DNA of 64,000 nt from Paecilomyces variotii (lineage: Eukaryota), in assembly GCA_004022145.1 (NCBI GenBank), contig RCNU01000001.1. The stretch is one strand, 5' to 3'. Under the pieces are notes generated by a model that saw nothing but the letters and a program-made list of their open reading frames with translations, searched no databases and was not told the origin of the DNA. Below, piece by piece: positions 13,716 through 25,639 of this stretch. The position numbers were made by a program, and so were the translations under genes. Each line of letters starts with the position of its first letter. Position 1 is the first letter of the stretch.

Positions 13716-14637
13716 GATGGAGGACTATGACTCGAAAAGCCACTCCAAGGAGTACAAAAGTGAAAGACAGCCCCTGCAACTTGAGAGGCGCCATCTCTAA
13801 TATATAGGCCCGAGCAAGAATCACGATTTTCTGAAACGGGTCAGTCCATCAGAATGCAGTGGACTGATTCTGGGCTTTTACAACGATACTAAGGACCTGA
13901 GCTCCACTCGAGAAGCTTCGAGTCTTTGACTAACCTGTTACCTGTTGAGTGGCTTGTCTGGGGTCTGGGGAAGCGTGGAGAAGCATTCGCAGATTTGGCG
14001 GGGGAATGCCGCTCGTGACAGAGATACGAACCGTCCGTGGTCAATCGCCCTCGCTGGGAGTTTTTCCGCCAATTCAATGAGCGGGATCGATGTCCGTGCC
14101 TTAAGACGACGCCTTCGTCGGTTGAATCCGATTGTAGCGTTGACCAACCCGGTTAATATCGATTTGGTGGAGACAGGAAAACAACAGAATCTCTAGCGAT
14201 TCGTGGAAGGATACTACCCCAGATTCCGCCTATCCACCGTCAATCAAGAGATCCCAGTCCTAAGAACTTATATGGTATAAAGGACTGACATCAGTATGAA
14301 AGATGCGCTTCTTGTGAAAAATTCTGTTACTGAAATGGTCGTTGGAAGTACATTATCTCTCCAGATACTGAACACCGGAACATTTGGCTTAGGAACATGG
14401 ATTCTCTAGAAACCTCTTTGTGTTTATGGGGTAGTTCTCCTTTGCAGAGTAATGCAGAACAAGAGTAGAGTCGTAAATGCATAAGGAGTGAATATGATTT
14501 CAAATCTAACTCAATTCTATCAAGTAAGCTTTTATAATAGTAACTGTAGTCAAGGAAACAAAAGTATCCCAGGAGGGGACAAGAGCACCCTCAGCCGAGA
14601 CAAATGTCCGTAGGCATGTAAAACCAGCCACCTCACG

Positions 14638-15428
14638 TTAACCTTTGACGGTGTGCCCCTGGTCTTTTCAAGCCTTTTTATACAGACATCCCTCAATATG
14701 AAAAGGCGTTAACAATACCAATGGCGAAACGAAGCATACCCCGGCAATGAACATCTTGGTTATCACACTGCCTTATGCTGCAATAATAACCTCTCGTGTG
14801 GAACCTGTAATGGAATACGCCCTCTGGTTAACGATCTATGTGTAGATAGTAGATGCGAGGTGCTTGCTGCTTTCAGGAAGATCCTCATAAAGCTGCTTGG
14901 GTTATGCCTTCGTCAACAATGCACTGGCGATGGTCTCGCTTATGGCGGCACGAACAGATCCCAATAAACCCCAGACAACCAGCACAGAACAACAAGGGTT
15001 ATTATAGCAGGAGACATACTGATTAGAAACGAACTTGAAGCCATAAACTAGGCATCCAGCGATAATATTCCTCTCCTTCAGAAACTTCCACGAAAGGTAC
15101 CGGATAGGGCGAGGTATTTCTCCCATACAGCGAAGCCGTCAAGACACACCGCTCCTATAACTAGCATAGCAATGATGTATCCGCTGCGCTATTCATGTGG
15201 CGCAGATGTCGCGAGACTGCATGGAAGGAAGATCAGAGAAAGCCCGACGGGGGTCAGAATAAGTCCAACAACTGGAGACTTATTAGCAGTGCCCCTCGGT
15301 TAAGACAAGTCCAAGTGATATATCGTCAAACTCGATCACGTAATGTTTGCATGACTGTCAGCAATTGCGGTCCTTCGGCTTCTCAGTGTAGAGACCGAAC
15401 TTCTTAGCTTTCTTCTCGTGGTTGGTAA
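14638..15428 (-). pseudogene. Siderophore-iron transporter (MirB/Str1, SIT family) pseudogene, C-terminal half
   Basis: Pieces in order: KKAKKFGL..*QSCKHYVIEFD/VVGLIL..GLSLIFLPCSLATSAPHE*RSGYIIAML..VWEKYLA; WKFLKERNIIAGC; GLLGSVRAAISETIASA; PKQLYEDLPESSKHLASTIY; REVIIAA*GSVITKMFIAG. Contains stops, frameshifts and deletions. Confidence 0.78.
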
Positions 15429-18400
15429 GGAATTACTAACTGACACCTTTAGAATGGCATAGTGGTTCATGACGCAACTATTAACCGAAGGTCTTAACAT
15501 ATGATAGGAAGATATTGTGTCACAAGCCCGTCGCTTGCGTCAAGCCATCTATGCAGGTTCCCAAAGCGACCAGAAACATTGTGGAAAACATCCACGAAAT
15601 ACATATTACTGCCGCAGATTAATAATATGTGTATCACGAATAATAATGAAAAGAGATAAGATTATCATTGGCCAGGATCTCTATATTTGTAGGATTAGTC
15701 CATTATATAAAGTTCTGATATAGGAAAACAGCTGTATTTGGCAGTGCGTACATAGTGTCGGCGCACAAAACGTACGTCCAGGTAGTCTGTCATATCATCC
15801 GTTTGCAGCAGGTTCTTTAATATCCTAAGTATAGGATGAAACCCACTAGGTCACTAGGTTCTCGATGATCTGTATGCTATAGAGTTGAATATGGAGTTAA
15901 TATCCCCCCGATCTAGAATCAAGTAAGCAAGTCAAACAGCCTAGATATATAAACTAGGTGGTTCAAATCATACCATGCTTCCGTGCTTTGGATTCGACAA
16001 CATACATACACGTTGGTGCCGAGGCTCAAATAAGCTCCATTGGCGTCAAAGCTTAGAGTATTTGAGTCAATATGTTTATCTCGTGTCCTCAGCACAGGCT
16101 GATAATTGCCGGCATTAGTGGAAAAGGATGACAGATTCTTCAGTATTAGCCCTGAGATTAATGGGAGCATATCGAAATATAGATAGCGAGACAAGGGGAG
16201 TGAAGTCAGAAATTGTAGATGAGGTCAATAACATTATTGGTACAATGGTTACCTCCTATCAAAGCAAAATGGTTGACCAACTTTCGCGATTGGCTTGGAA
16301 TCGGTGGGTCTTCACGAGAAGTAGCTTTGAATACAACGACTTTGCCATTATACGTTGTGTTTGTTTACTCAAATATGAACAATTCTATATTTCTCACCTC
16401 AGTTCCGTGCTCGCTCAATACATTATCCTGCCCCTTTCGAGTAACGTAGACTATTTAGATATTCGCAGCCTAGAACAAGCGGTAGAATCAGTACAACTCA
16501 GTTTCCCCGCTGATAATGACGGTTTATCTCATAAGACGCATCTCAATTACTCAAAGAAATATCTTATTGTTCTCAGATCTCGTGTATGTATGGATCGACA
16601 CTGTCACAGGAAGCCTCTTCCGTAGCAAATAAGAGTCGTAATTCCATGTCTTGGGCGATCATTTCGTTCCTTAAAGGCCTTGATTGTCTTTTGCTGCCCA
16701 AATGTATTATCTTAAACCGACCTTGACATTAGTAAAACAACTGTTAGAGATCCAGACAGACCAACAAGGAGTTTTCCTTTTTGGTCGACTGGCAGAAAGC
16801 CATCAACAATCAATCCCAGCCGCCCCCTGCCATTGGAAGCTATCCTTGCACGTTGATCTATATTGGCACCGAATCTATCCGTGTAAGCATGGGTGCCCAC
16901 CACGATGCGAGGTGAGATGAGGATTCCCATCTGTTTGATCGCGAGGGGGCTGCAGGGATCATGATTGTCGGCGAGGAGGGTTATATACAAGGCGAAATGA
17001 AGCACACTTACGCACGTAATATCACTGTAGCTCCATAAAATTCTAACATAGGTCGCCTTGCGATGGATGGCAACACGGGACAGGGATAGAGACCAAGATG
17101 CATCTACGGAGGGGGCCCATTTTTCGATCCTATGTGCATATGCCATCAGGATTGGAAGTCGGCGTATCTCTTGGCATAACCCAGATCGAAGGTGCTGCAG
17201 AACGAATCTGTCTGTCTGTAGATTAGGTATGCCACTGACTTTCCAGTTCATGTGCAGGGAATGTAAATTGCCACTATATTGCTTTTTTTCCGCCGACGCA
17301 ACCGCAACTGCTAGTCAGATAAATGGCCCGCCAATAACCACATTTCAACCACTTACATCGCTTTAGAGCCCCGGATAATACTTCCTGGTCCTTCGTGTTT
17401 ATCATTATTGGTTGAGGCTATTCCCAGCTCACCACGGCATGGGGCGGAGAATGGCCATATCTACAAGTGCACAGTATCATAGAGTTGAGCTGAAGAAGTC
17501 TCTTATCATCTCAATACTTGTCTTCATTGTTTTCCGTCAAACGAAGAAGTGGCGATGGGCACCGATGTCCCTTGTCAATCCGAAGGCTACAGAGATAGCA
17601 AAAGATCGACATCCCGGGATGATTAACTGTCCTCATATAGCTTTTCCGAGGAAGTCCGTCAACACTTAATAGGGGGTGCTTCCAGACGCTGGCGGTGACC
17701 ATCAGAACTCGGATATAATATCCAGCAGGCATCTCTTGCCAAACCCCGCGGGGTGATGTGGCTTCTAGGCCTATGCACTGCAGGAAACGTTCAAGAACCC
17801 TGTCCTTAGCATACGTGGCTTGCCTTGTGATTGAAGGCATCGGCAACACTTTGGATTACGGAGTATTGAATCATAATCAGGGATTTCCTCACCGCTGAAA
17901 AAAGCGAGATGACGTTTTTCTGCTGAAAATAAAGGCTATCAACGAAAGGTTGTACAAGCCCTACGCAGGGTTCACCAGCTCGTATACCTGCAAACTATGC
18001 CTGTGAGATTCTAGCCTCTCTCGATATTATACCTGGGAGCACAACACCGGAGGAGAATACCGGCTGGGTGCTGTGATTGCCTTGCATAAGGAGGACTCAA
18101 GATTTACAAAAGCCAGCCGACTGGTTGACCTCGAAGCGAGCCACTAGCGGGACAGAGTCAACATACGCGTGTGCTTTTCATGCCTTGCTTTGGGGGAGCT
18201 GTGAAGGAGGGCGGATCTTTGGCAAGGGGCGCCTCGCACTTCCAAAGGCAGGACACGAAGGCGATGGCCCAATGTGGCGGTACTAGATACGGTCAGAATA
18301 GGGTTCTAGATTAACATATCATTGAGTGCGTCCATCTCTGAGTCGCCAAGTGCACGGAAGAGGGCTAGAACCAAGCAATGAAGAGTTTAGAGTAGGTGCC

Positions 18401-19428
18401 TGGAAATATGAACCCTCCTGTGGCGACGCCACAAGGATCATCCTGTATAATAATAACAATCATACCATAATCGCCATTTTAAGGGAGCACAGGACACGGC
18501 TGTCAGGATCCGTCCCAGGTTGTGGGATCGTTTAGTGAAGGAGATCGTGTGCCGGAAATGGGTTGTACAGTAGTAAGCGGGTTCGTGGGTAGGTACTTTG
18601 AAGCAGACTATTTTTATTTCCAACTCCGAACGCTAGATTCTTGGAAGTTGGAACAAACATGATGGATTTAATCCTGTTCGACCGGAACGAGACTTGGTGC
18701 TTCCGTCAGCGACTATTAAGGATGTCCCCGCCAGCGCAGGTCTGTGCACAATCCAATGGAAGGATCTGAGCGTCAATTCTCAGTCCTAGTTCAGGCGGAG
18801 ATAATAATAATATCAGTGCATATGTCTTTGCGGTGGATCGAGGAGTCCTGTCAATTTGTCCAGGCTCTGCGAGGCGTCATTATTGTCACCACTTGGCGGA
18901 TGGGCTTGCAGCGATCTATCCTGCTCGATCTCTACTTACTTAGTGGAGATCCTCTAGCTAGACATGATACCAAACTTTATACTCACAACTAGGGCGTCAC
19001 GGTCTCTTGCGTGGACGCATGAGCAATCGACGAACTGCGGGAAAGGGCCGATCCAATGCAGCTCGATCGCACCGTGTATGGTTGTGTTGATCTGCTGGGG
19101 TGTACTCATGGGTATGTGTGCGATCATCTGTGATGTCTTCAGCCTCCGCTGCCAGGGCCCGCTGATTCGAACGGACACGATCTCTTCAACCAGGGCACCA
19201 GTTTGAGGCCCTTGATTCTTTTTAAAAACAAAGCATTTTGTTGGTCTGAAGGCATTCCTAGGTTATCCACATTCAATCGTGCTCAGACACTCCACGAAGA
19301 AACCCGCCCCATGGGCCAAGCAGAGATGGCCAAATGCATAGGCCATGCGATGGCCTCCAGGACCGGATGTTCATGCCATCTTGCCCTATTATTATGACGG
19401 ATCCGGTACCAAGACTGTCTCGATGATA

Positions 19429-19774
19429 CAGTAAAACCTTTTTATAACGATACCGCATATAACGAATTCCTCTACACAACGAATTTGACACCGTGTCAAA
19501 TTCAAATTCCCATACAAAATTCGTTATTCCTTCCTACTACGAAATTCGTTAATTTTTTCAGACCTTTCCCATACAATTCGTTATAGAAAAGTACAGATTT
19601 ACCTTATTAGTCAGTGATTACCTAATCATTAATTACCAATTAAGGGAATTTATTCGAAAATTTCACTAAAAATCCGTATATTACTAATACAGACCCACTT
19701 TTCATACAACGAATCCTCTATACTACGAATTAGACTGCCTGGAAAAAATGATTCGTTATAGGCAGGTTTTACTG
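19429..19774. mobile_element. Tc1/mariner-pogo-type MITE, 346 bp
   Basis: Left end CAGTAAAACCTttttATAACGA and right end (reverse complement) CAGTAAAACCTgcctATAACGA; TA on both flanks (19427-28, 19775-76); AT-rich, no transposase. Confidence 0.85.
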
Positions 19775-20393
19775 TACTCTGGTTCGGACAGCGGTCTAGA
19801 GTCCTTGCACGGCCCGAAGCGCCTCCTGGTTCGAGAACAGCACCACGCGACAAGCGCCTGTACTGTCCATGGACCGTAAAACGCCGCGTCCCAGCTCTTG
19901 ATAACTTCCCCGGGGCGCCAAAGCTGAAAATCTGCCTATCAGATCCCAGCTCGAGTCAGAAGCTCGCATGTCTTGTGTCTTTGACCCTTCCCGCTTGACA
20001 TATGTCTCCATATTCAGATCTTGAGTGGAACAATCCGTCGCAGATCGGCGGGGAGGGTAGTCGTACTGCCTGATCTCATAGTCTGATTAGAGCCGAGGCT
20101 GGTTCTCTTCTCGGAAATTCCCTTTATTTACTCTGCCCTATCCGCCTGGCATTATTATGTCTGGATGAGATTTCACTTTTCATATATCGTTGGTTGTTCC
20201 ACACTATAGACATATCACCGCGCACATCTGTTGCTTCCCCCTAGTATGAGACTTGGATGAACCAGAATCAATCCAAAGGCAATAAAACACCGTTGACTGG
20301 CTTTCCTGGAGACCCTTCCTGTCCCTGTCTAATTCACGAACAAAGGTGTCATCCGAGTGGGACGGACTAGTAACTGCTCTGTTAACGGGCTCG

Positions 20394-22064
20394 ATGATGG
20401 AATCTGCCAGCAAGCCCCTGGGGGGTGAGGAACACCACCAGATGCTCCCTTATGATGGAATTGGCCTACAGTCAAACACCCAGGTATTTATAGATGTGCT
20501 AAGAAACCAATGTGAAGCGACTGACCAACTCTATCAAAGCGGATCTTGCCTGTCCGGTCTAAAGCATTCAATATTCCCTACCGGCACTTTGCTTTGATGT
20601 ATATCAATGGAAATGGCGAGCTCGAGGTAGAAGCTTCACCTTCAGTTGCAGGATGCGGAAAGTCTATCTTCACGTCTGAGGTCAAAGAGCGCTTTCTGAA
20701 ATGTGCTGCCCTGGACAGTCAAGGCACATCTCCATCCTTTACGGGTCAGTATTCTGGACGTAGGTAGCATTATTATCGAGAAACAATTGAACTGACAGAT
20801 GGTTACGAGTAGGGTTAGGCATACAAGAGCGACGCCTCGGCGGTTCGTTGTCACTAGAAGACAATCACAATTGGTACCAGATCAGCGCCGACAAATCACA
20901 AGAACTCATTCCTTGCGATTGGCAGTTTCAACAGAACAAACGCCAAAAACGAAGCCCAAAGCGCCGTGATCAGAAAGGAGATCGTCGGGGATCGACTGAC
21001 TCGACTCCTTCTAGTCCCAGTTTCAGACGGACAGCGTTGCAGGTTGGCGATGAGAGTCGTATACTGAAATACTACGAGAGGGCATTTGATGCTTTTCAAC
21101 AATTGAACTGCCGGGTGATCGCTAAGGCGTTCATTAAACTGGTGGAGCCACGCAAGCAAGTGAACCATCCTTATAATGGACGGAAAATAGCCTCTGGTTC
21201 CTCACCTGAACAGCGACTGGACCCGGAGATGACAAAGCCAAGATGGTGGCCCCAAGGTGTCACTCACAAGGAGCCAGACCATCTTCTGAAAGCAGGCAAG
21301 GAAGAATATCCATGGCAAGGTCCTTTCAGTCCAGGCTAACTTGATTGTCAGAGCGGATTCGCCTCCTTATCCATATACTCCGTGAGCTCGGGGATAGCCA
21401 CGGGATCACGGCTGAGAAGCTAAGAGATGCCGGGCAAGATGTCAGGCGGCAGATTCAACCGACAGAACGCCTAAAGGTGTTGGATGAAATTTACAACGTT
21501 CGAAGTGCGGAAGAACGGTATCTTCGAGGAGAGATCGGTCAGTACCTGACGCCTGAGTGCGCCATCAAACGTGAAATGCTAATGCGTATACCTATAGACG
21601 GCGATTCTATCATCTACGTCACTCAAGTCCACCTGGCCGACGCAAATATTGAGTTTGAATATGAGCAGGATACCGACGGTGATTCTCAGAGCTCCTCGGC
21701 TGCTGCATCGACCGTGGGGACTAAGAGACCCAGCGTGACGGCTGAACAAATCTCGAGACCGGTGCTCCCACACGATGGCTTTCCATCCCTAAGCAGCTTG
21801 AGGAACGGCATGCCGCACTCGACGCCAGAAAGCCACTGCTCACCCTATGTCCCCGACAGCGGTCAGCTGAAACAAGCGACTCACGAGTTTGCTCTCGGTA
21901 TTGCTCCTTCTTGTAGTATACCAGCTTCGCCGCATGAAGTCGGTCCATCGTGCATGCCAAACTATTTCACCCAACCGTTAATGATCGCCCCAGGGCGGCC
22001 GCCACAGCCTGCCTTGTGGGATCCGTCGGGCCACACATCACCGATATTTCCCCATGGATACTGA
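20394..22064 (+). CDS. DUF2841 (YDR124W-like) fungal protein, multi-exon
   Basis: YYERAFDAFQQLNCRVIAKAFIKLVEPRKQVNHPYNG...TKPRWWP.GVTHKEPDHLLK..RIRLLIHIL; four introns; start codon uncertain. Confidence 0.8.
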
Positions 22065-22974
22065 TTGTTACTCTCGATTGATTCTTATATCGTCTGCTGA
22101 ATAACGGAGCTGGACATGAGGCTCGCACAGGTGGCCATGGATTGCTAGCCTCCCTTGAGGGTTTCTGGTGTTTATATTACGGTTTTTGGGTCAGACGATA
22201 AGGATCCCGTGGAGCCTCGGGTTCTAATATCCAGGGAACCCCGGTTTGAACGATCTATAATGGAAACAGGCCTATTGTGAAAAGACAGTACATGAAACTC
22301 TATTTAGCCCAGGTTGTATAGATGCTATAGATCTAATATATTCTAATAGGGCCTCCAGCCCGATTTTAGTTCTCACTGTCACTTGAACCAGCATCTAGTT
22401 AAACACGGGAACGGCGGAGGTCAGATTACCTGTTCTGTGCATTGTTTCTTTATCCATTTAGTATCGTATTATTATTGATAGGCTCCTAAATACCATTTCC
22501 CGAGAGTACGTTCTTTTTCCATTCGTTGTGTGAAAACTAATAACATGTAGGCGTTACTACTACTAGTATAGGTAGTCCCCACCATCTAACTGACTGCTCT
22601 CGAGTAAACCAGGCCCACCGCACAATATCACCTACCAGCAGGAACTTCAAAATGGACACCAGTATCGTCTGAGCAGAGAGGGCGTAACTTAGGCGGCGGT
22701 GACGGACTCCGCTGACCAACTGAAGCGCGGCAAGCACACAATCCCTATTAGTTAACTTATCTAGCACCTACTTGGGTAGTGATCGACTAATGATAGACAC
22801 AGTTCTGTATGGTAGAGTATTGGTATCTACTCCGATCGCCCGAAGAAGATTTCCATACCGGGTGCTTGATGTGCCACACTTCATCCACAGCGTTGACAGG
22901 AAATTTTCCGTTATCGGTTACACCATGAAGCCCAGACTGAGATCGAGTAATGTTTAGCGGCAGATGCACGGACG

Positions 22975-23012
22975 AGAGATGGACAAGATTGACAAGATGG
23001 ACAAGATGGACC
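22975..23012. repeat. Short tandem repeat, 9-bp unit (AGATGGACA) about 4 copies
   Basis: gagatggacaagattgacaagatggacaagatggac. Confidence 0.6.
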
Positions 23013-23587
23013 ATGTTCAATGTTGGCGCGAGCTTTGACGCCAGGTGCTAACGCGTGAGTGCCTCAGGCGCAGCACCCGCATGGCAGCTCTCGTCCACCA
23101 ACCATGATGACGCTGCTGAGCACCTGCAACAACGACTCCCTCTGAGTCTCTCTCGCCATCGCATTCACCATCCTGGCCTCCCCGCACGTTCCGATTGTCA
23201 TCCTCACAGGCTTATCGCCATCCAGGTCATGCGTGTTAGATACTGAAGACGACTGGACGGTGTTTCCACGGTTCATCTGGAGTCTCCTGCCGCTCTGAAG
23301 AAACTAAACTGTGAGTAAGTGCCTATATCTATCTCTCATGGCTCCTCGTCCCGCAGGGTCCTTTCCCTTCGTTTCTCGGGCGAGTATTGTCTGCAGTTGC
23401 GCGTTGTTTTTATAGACTTCACGTTCTTGGATGCCTTCTCGTCCCGTGTACCCGTGTATCGAACCCCGGACGGTGGCCTCGCTGCATAAACATGGCGATA
23501 CTGACGTTCTCCCGTTTCATCAGTCGGTCATACTCCCTTCACAGTCGCGACGGACCGACAATATTTTCTTTCCAGCAGAAGCTCCTC

Positions 23588-25228
23588 ATGGACGACTCCG
23601 GTGTCCCCCAACGCAGAAGGTCCGAGCCAGCAGTCGAGGGATCCTTGACTTCTGAGGATCCCTTCGACAGCCCGACCCCGGGGGCTCTCGAGCAGGAACC
23701 GCTCTCAGTTCCAAGTGATGCACTCTCTTCAGTTCCCCCCAGTCCTGGGGCGTTGTCGCGCAATCCTTCGTTCTCAAACAGCAGCTCGTACCAGGAAGAC
23801 TGGGATACCTTCCCGCCGCTTGACAAGCTTACGGTTTTCGACATCTTAGACAACCTTGCATTGCATCAGAAGCTGGAGAGATGGCAGCAGACGTTGACAG
23901 CTCAGAGAGAACGCGTCAGAAAACAACGCGAGAGATTGAAGTCGACGTCACTACAGGCCAGGGATCGCGTTGTGGGAGAGTGGAAGAGACGCGTTCCGAC
24001 CGCCGATGAACAGCTAGACAAATACCGTCGACGGATGAGAGAATCTGTCGACCGCCTGGGAGCTCAGTGGAATAAGACGTCGACGGTCACTCTGCGAGAG
24101 AAGTTGTTTTTCATCGCCGGTATATTGAATATCTTTATCAGCGGTTACTTAATTGGCGCATACCCGGAATACTTGTACTTGTGGTATAGCGGTCAGCTGG
24201 CCTATTTTATGCCAATCCGGTTCTACACCTACCGGAAGCGTGGTTACCACTATTTCCTTGCTGACCTCTGTTACTTTGTCAACATGATGTGTATGCTCAG
24301 CTTCTTCGTCTTCCCGAACTCGAAGAGACTGTTCATCAGCACATATTGCTTGGCGTACGGAAATAACGCTGTTGCGATTGCTATGTGGCGGAACTCCATG
24401 GTCTTCCACAGTATGGATAAAGTCGTCAGGTAAGTGTGTCAAAACAGTTTTCTGTGTCCGCAGAGTTGCTGACGTCTTGTACACAGTGTCTTTATCCATA
24501 TCATGCCTCCAGCAGCCCTGCATTGTCTCACGCATCTGACAGCCCCGGAAATCCTCAAGGAGAGGTTCCCGGCGATTTACGCCATCAAGTACAGCGACCC
24601 TGCGTCGCCAGAGCACTATTCCCTCGGTGATATGGTGATATGGGCCACGGTTCCGTACCTTGTCTGGCAGCTGTCGTATCACTTCCTCATCACCGTCCGA
24701 CATCGTGAGCAAATCGCTGCGGGACGGCCCACTAGCTTCACCTGGCTGCGCAAATCCTATGCAAAGACATGGATTGGAAAGATCGTCTTGAGTCTGCCTG
24801 AGGTGCTGCAGGAACCGGCATTCATGTTGATTCAGTATTTTTATGCCATCCTGACCATGATTCCGTGTCCTATCTGGTTCTGGTATAAGTGGGCTAGTTC
24901 AGCCTTCCTCAGTGTTGTCTTTATCTGGAGTATCTACAATGGCGCGACCTACTATATCGATGTCTTTGGCAAGCGGTTCCAGAAAGAGCTCGAACAGCTA
25001 CGAAGGGACGTCGCCAAGTGGCAAGCCTCCCCAGAAGGAACTACCAGTCCCATACTTACCCCGGACGGGGTGCAGACGACAGGGGCGCAGCTGCTGGATG
25101 ATACGAACAAACATTCCGAGAGGGGGACATCCGGCTCAAGCATTGACTCCATTCCTCTCCTCGACGCGAAACCAATCGTGAGCGGCGTTGAGGACAGTCC
25201 TCCAAACGCTGTGCGACCGAGGAACTAA
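23588..25228 (+). CDS. gpc1: Glycerophosphocholine acyltransferase Gpc1 (DUF2838)
   Basis: YFMPIRFYTYRKRGYHYFLADLCYFVN, WRNSMVFHSMDK..S.FIHIMPP and WSIYNGATYYIDVFG; multiple TM helices; intron about 24430-24487; start codon uncertain. Confidence 0.85.
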
Positions 25229-25639
25229 ATCTTGACCAGTTTCAAGTTTTCTATGTTTCAGCTTTCGTCGAATCGCTAGAATCCGGTTTGCGTTATTCCA
25301 ACATGTTTATGCATAACGTCATATCTAGAATGTGGGTTTTTGGTTTAGATATCGGGATATATACCTTTTGGGGGAGTCATTGATATTGAGGACGGTTTTC
25401 GGGAGTCGTACAGGTCCCTTGTCCTTTAGCAAAGGCTGTCTGCATTTTCCTTGTCTTTCTGCGAACCATGACTATATCATATTATCTTGAGTTAGTGTCT
25501 TCTATGACCGTAATGAATTTAACCTTCAATGTGAACAAAGCTTGTTCCTCGTTACTTTTATGGTACCATTAATATTAATAATTGCAGTTATGGGGCATAG
25601 CCTACCATAGACTTTCCGAATGTCCCGCTATGATGTTTA

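Noticed and set aside
16712-17849. ORFs of 100-180 aa in the gene-poor tract
   Set aside because: No recognisable motifs, splice pattern or codon bias.
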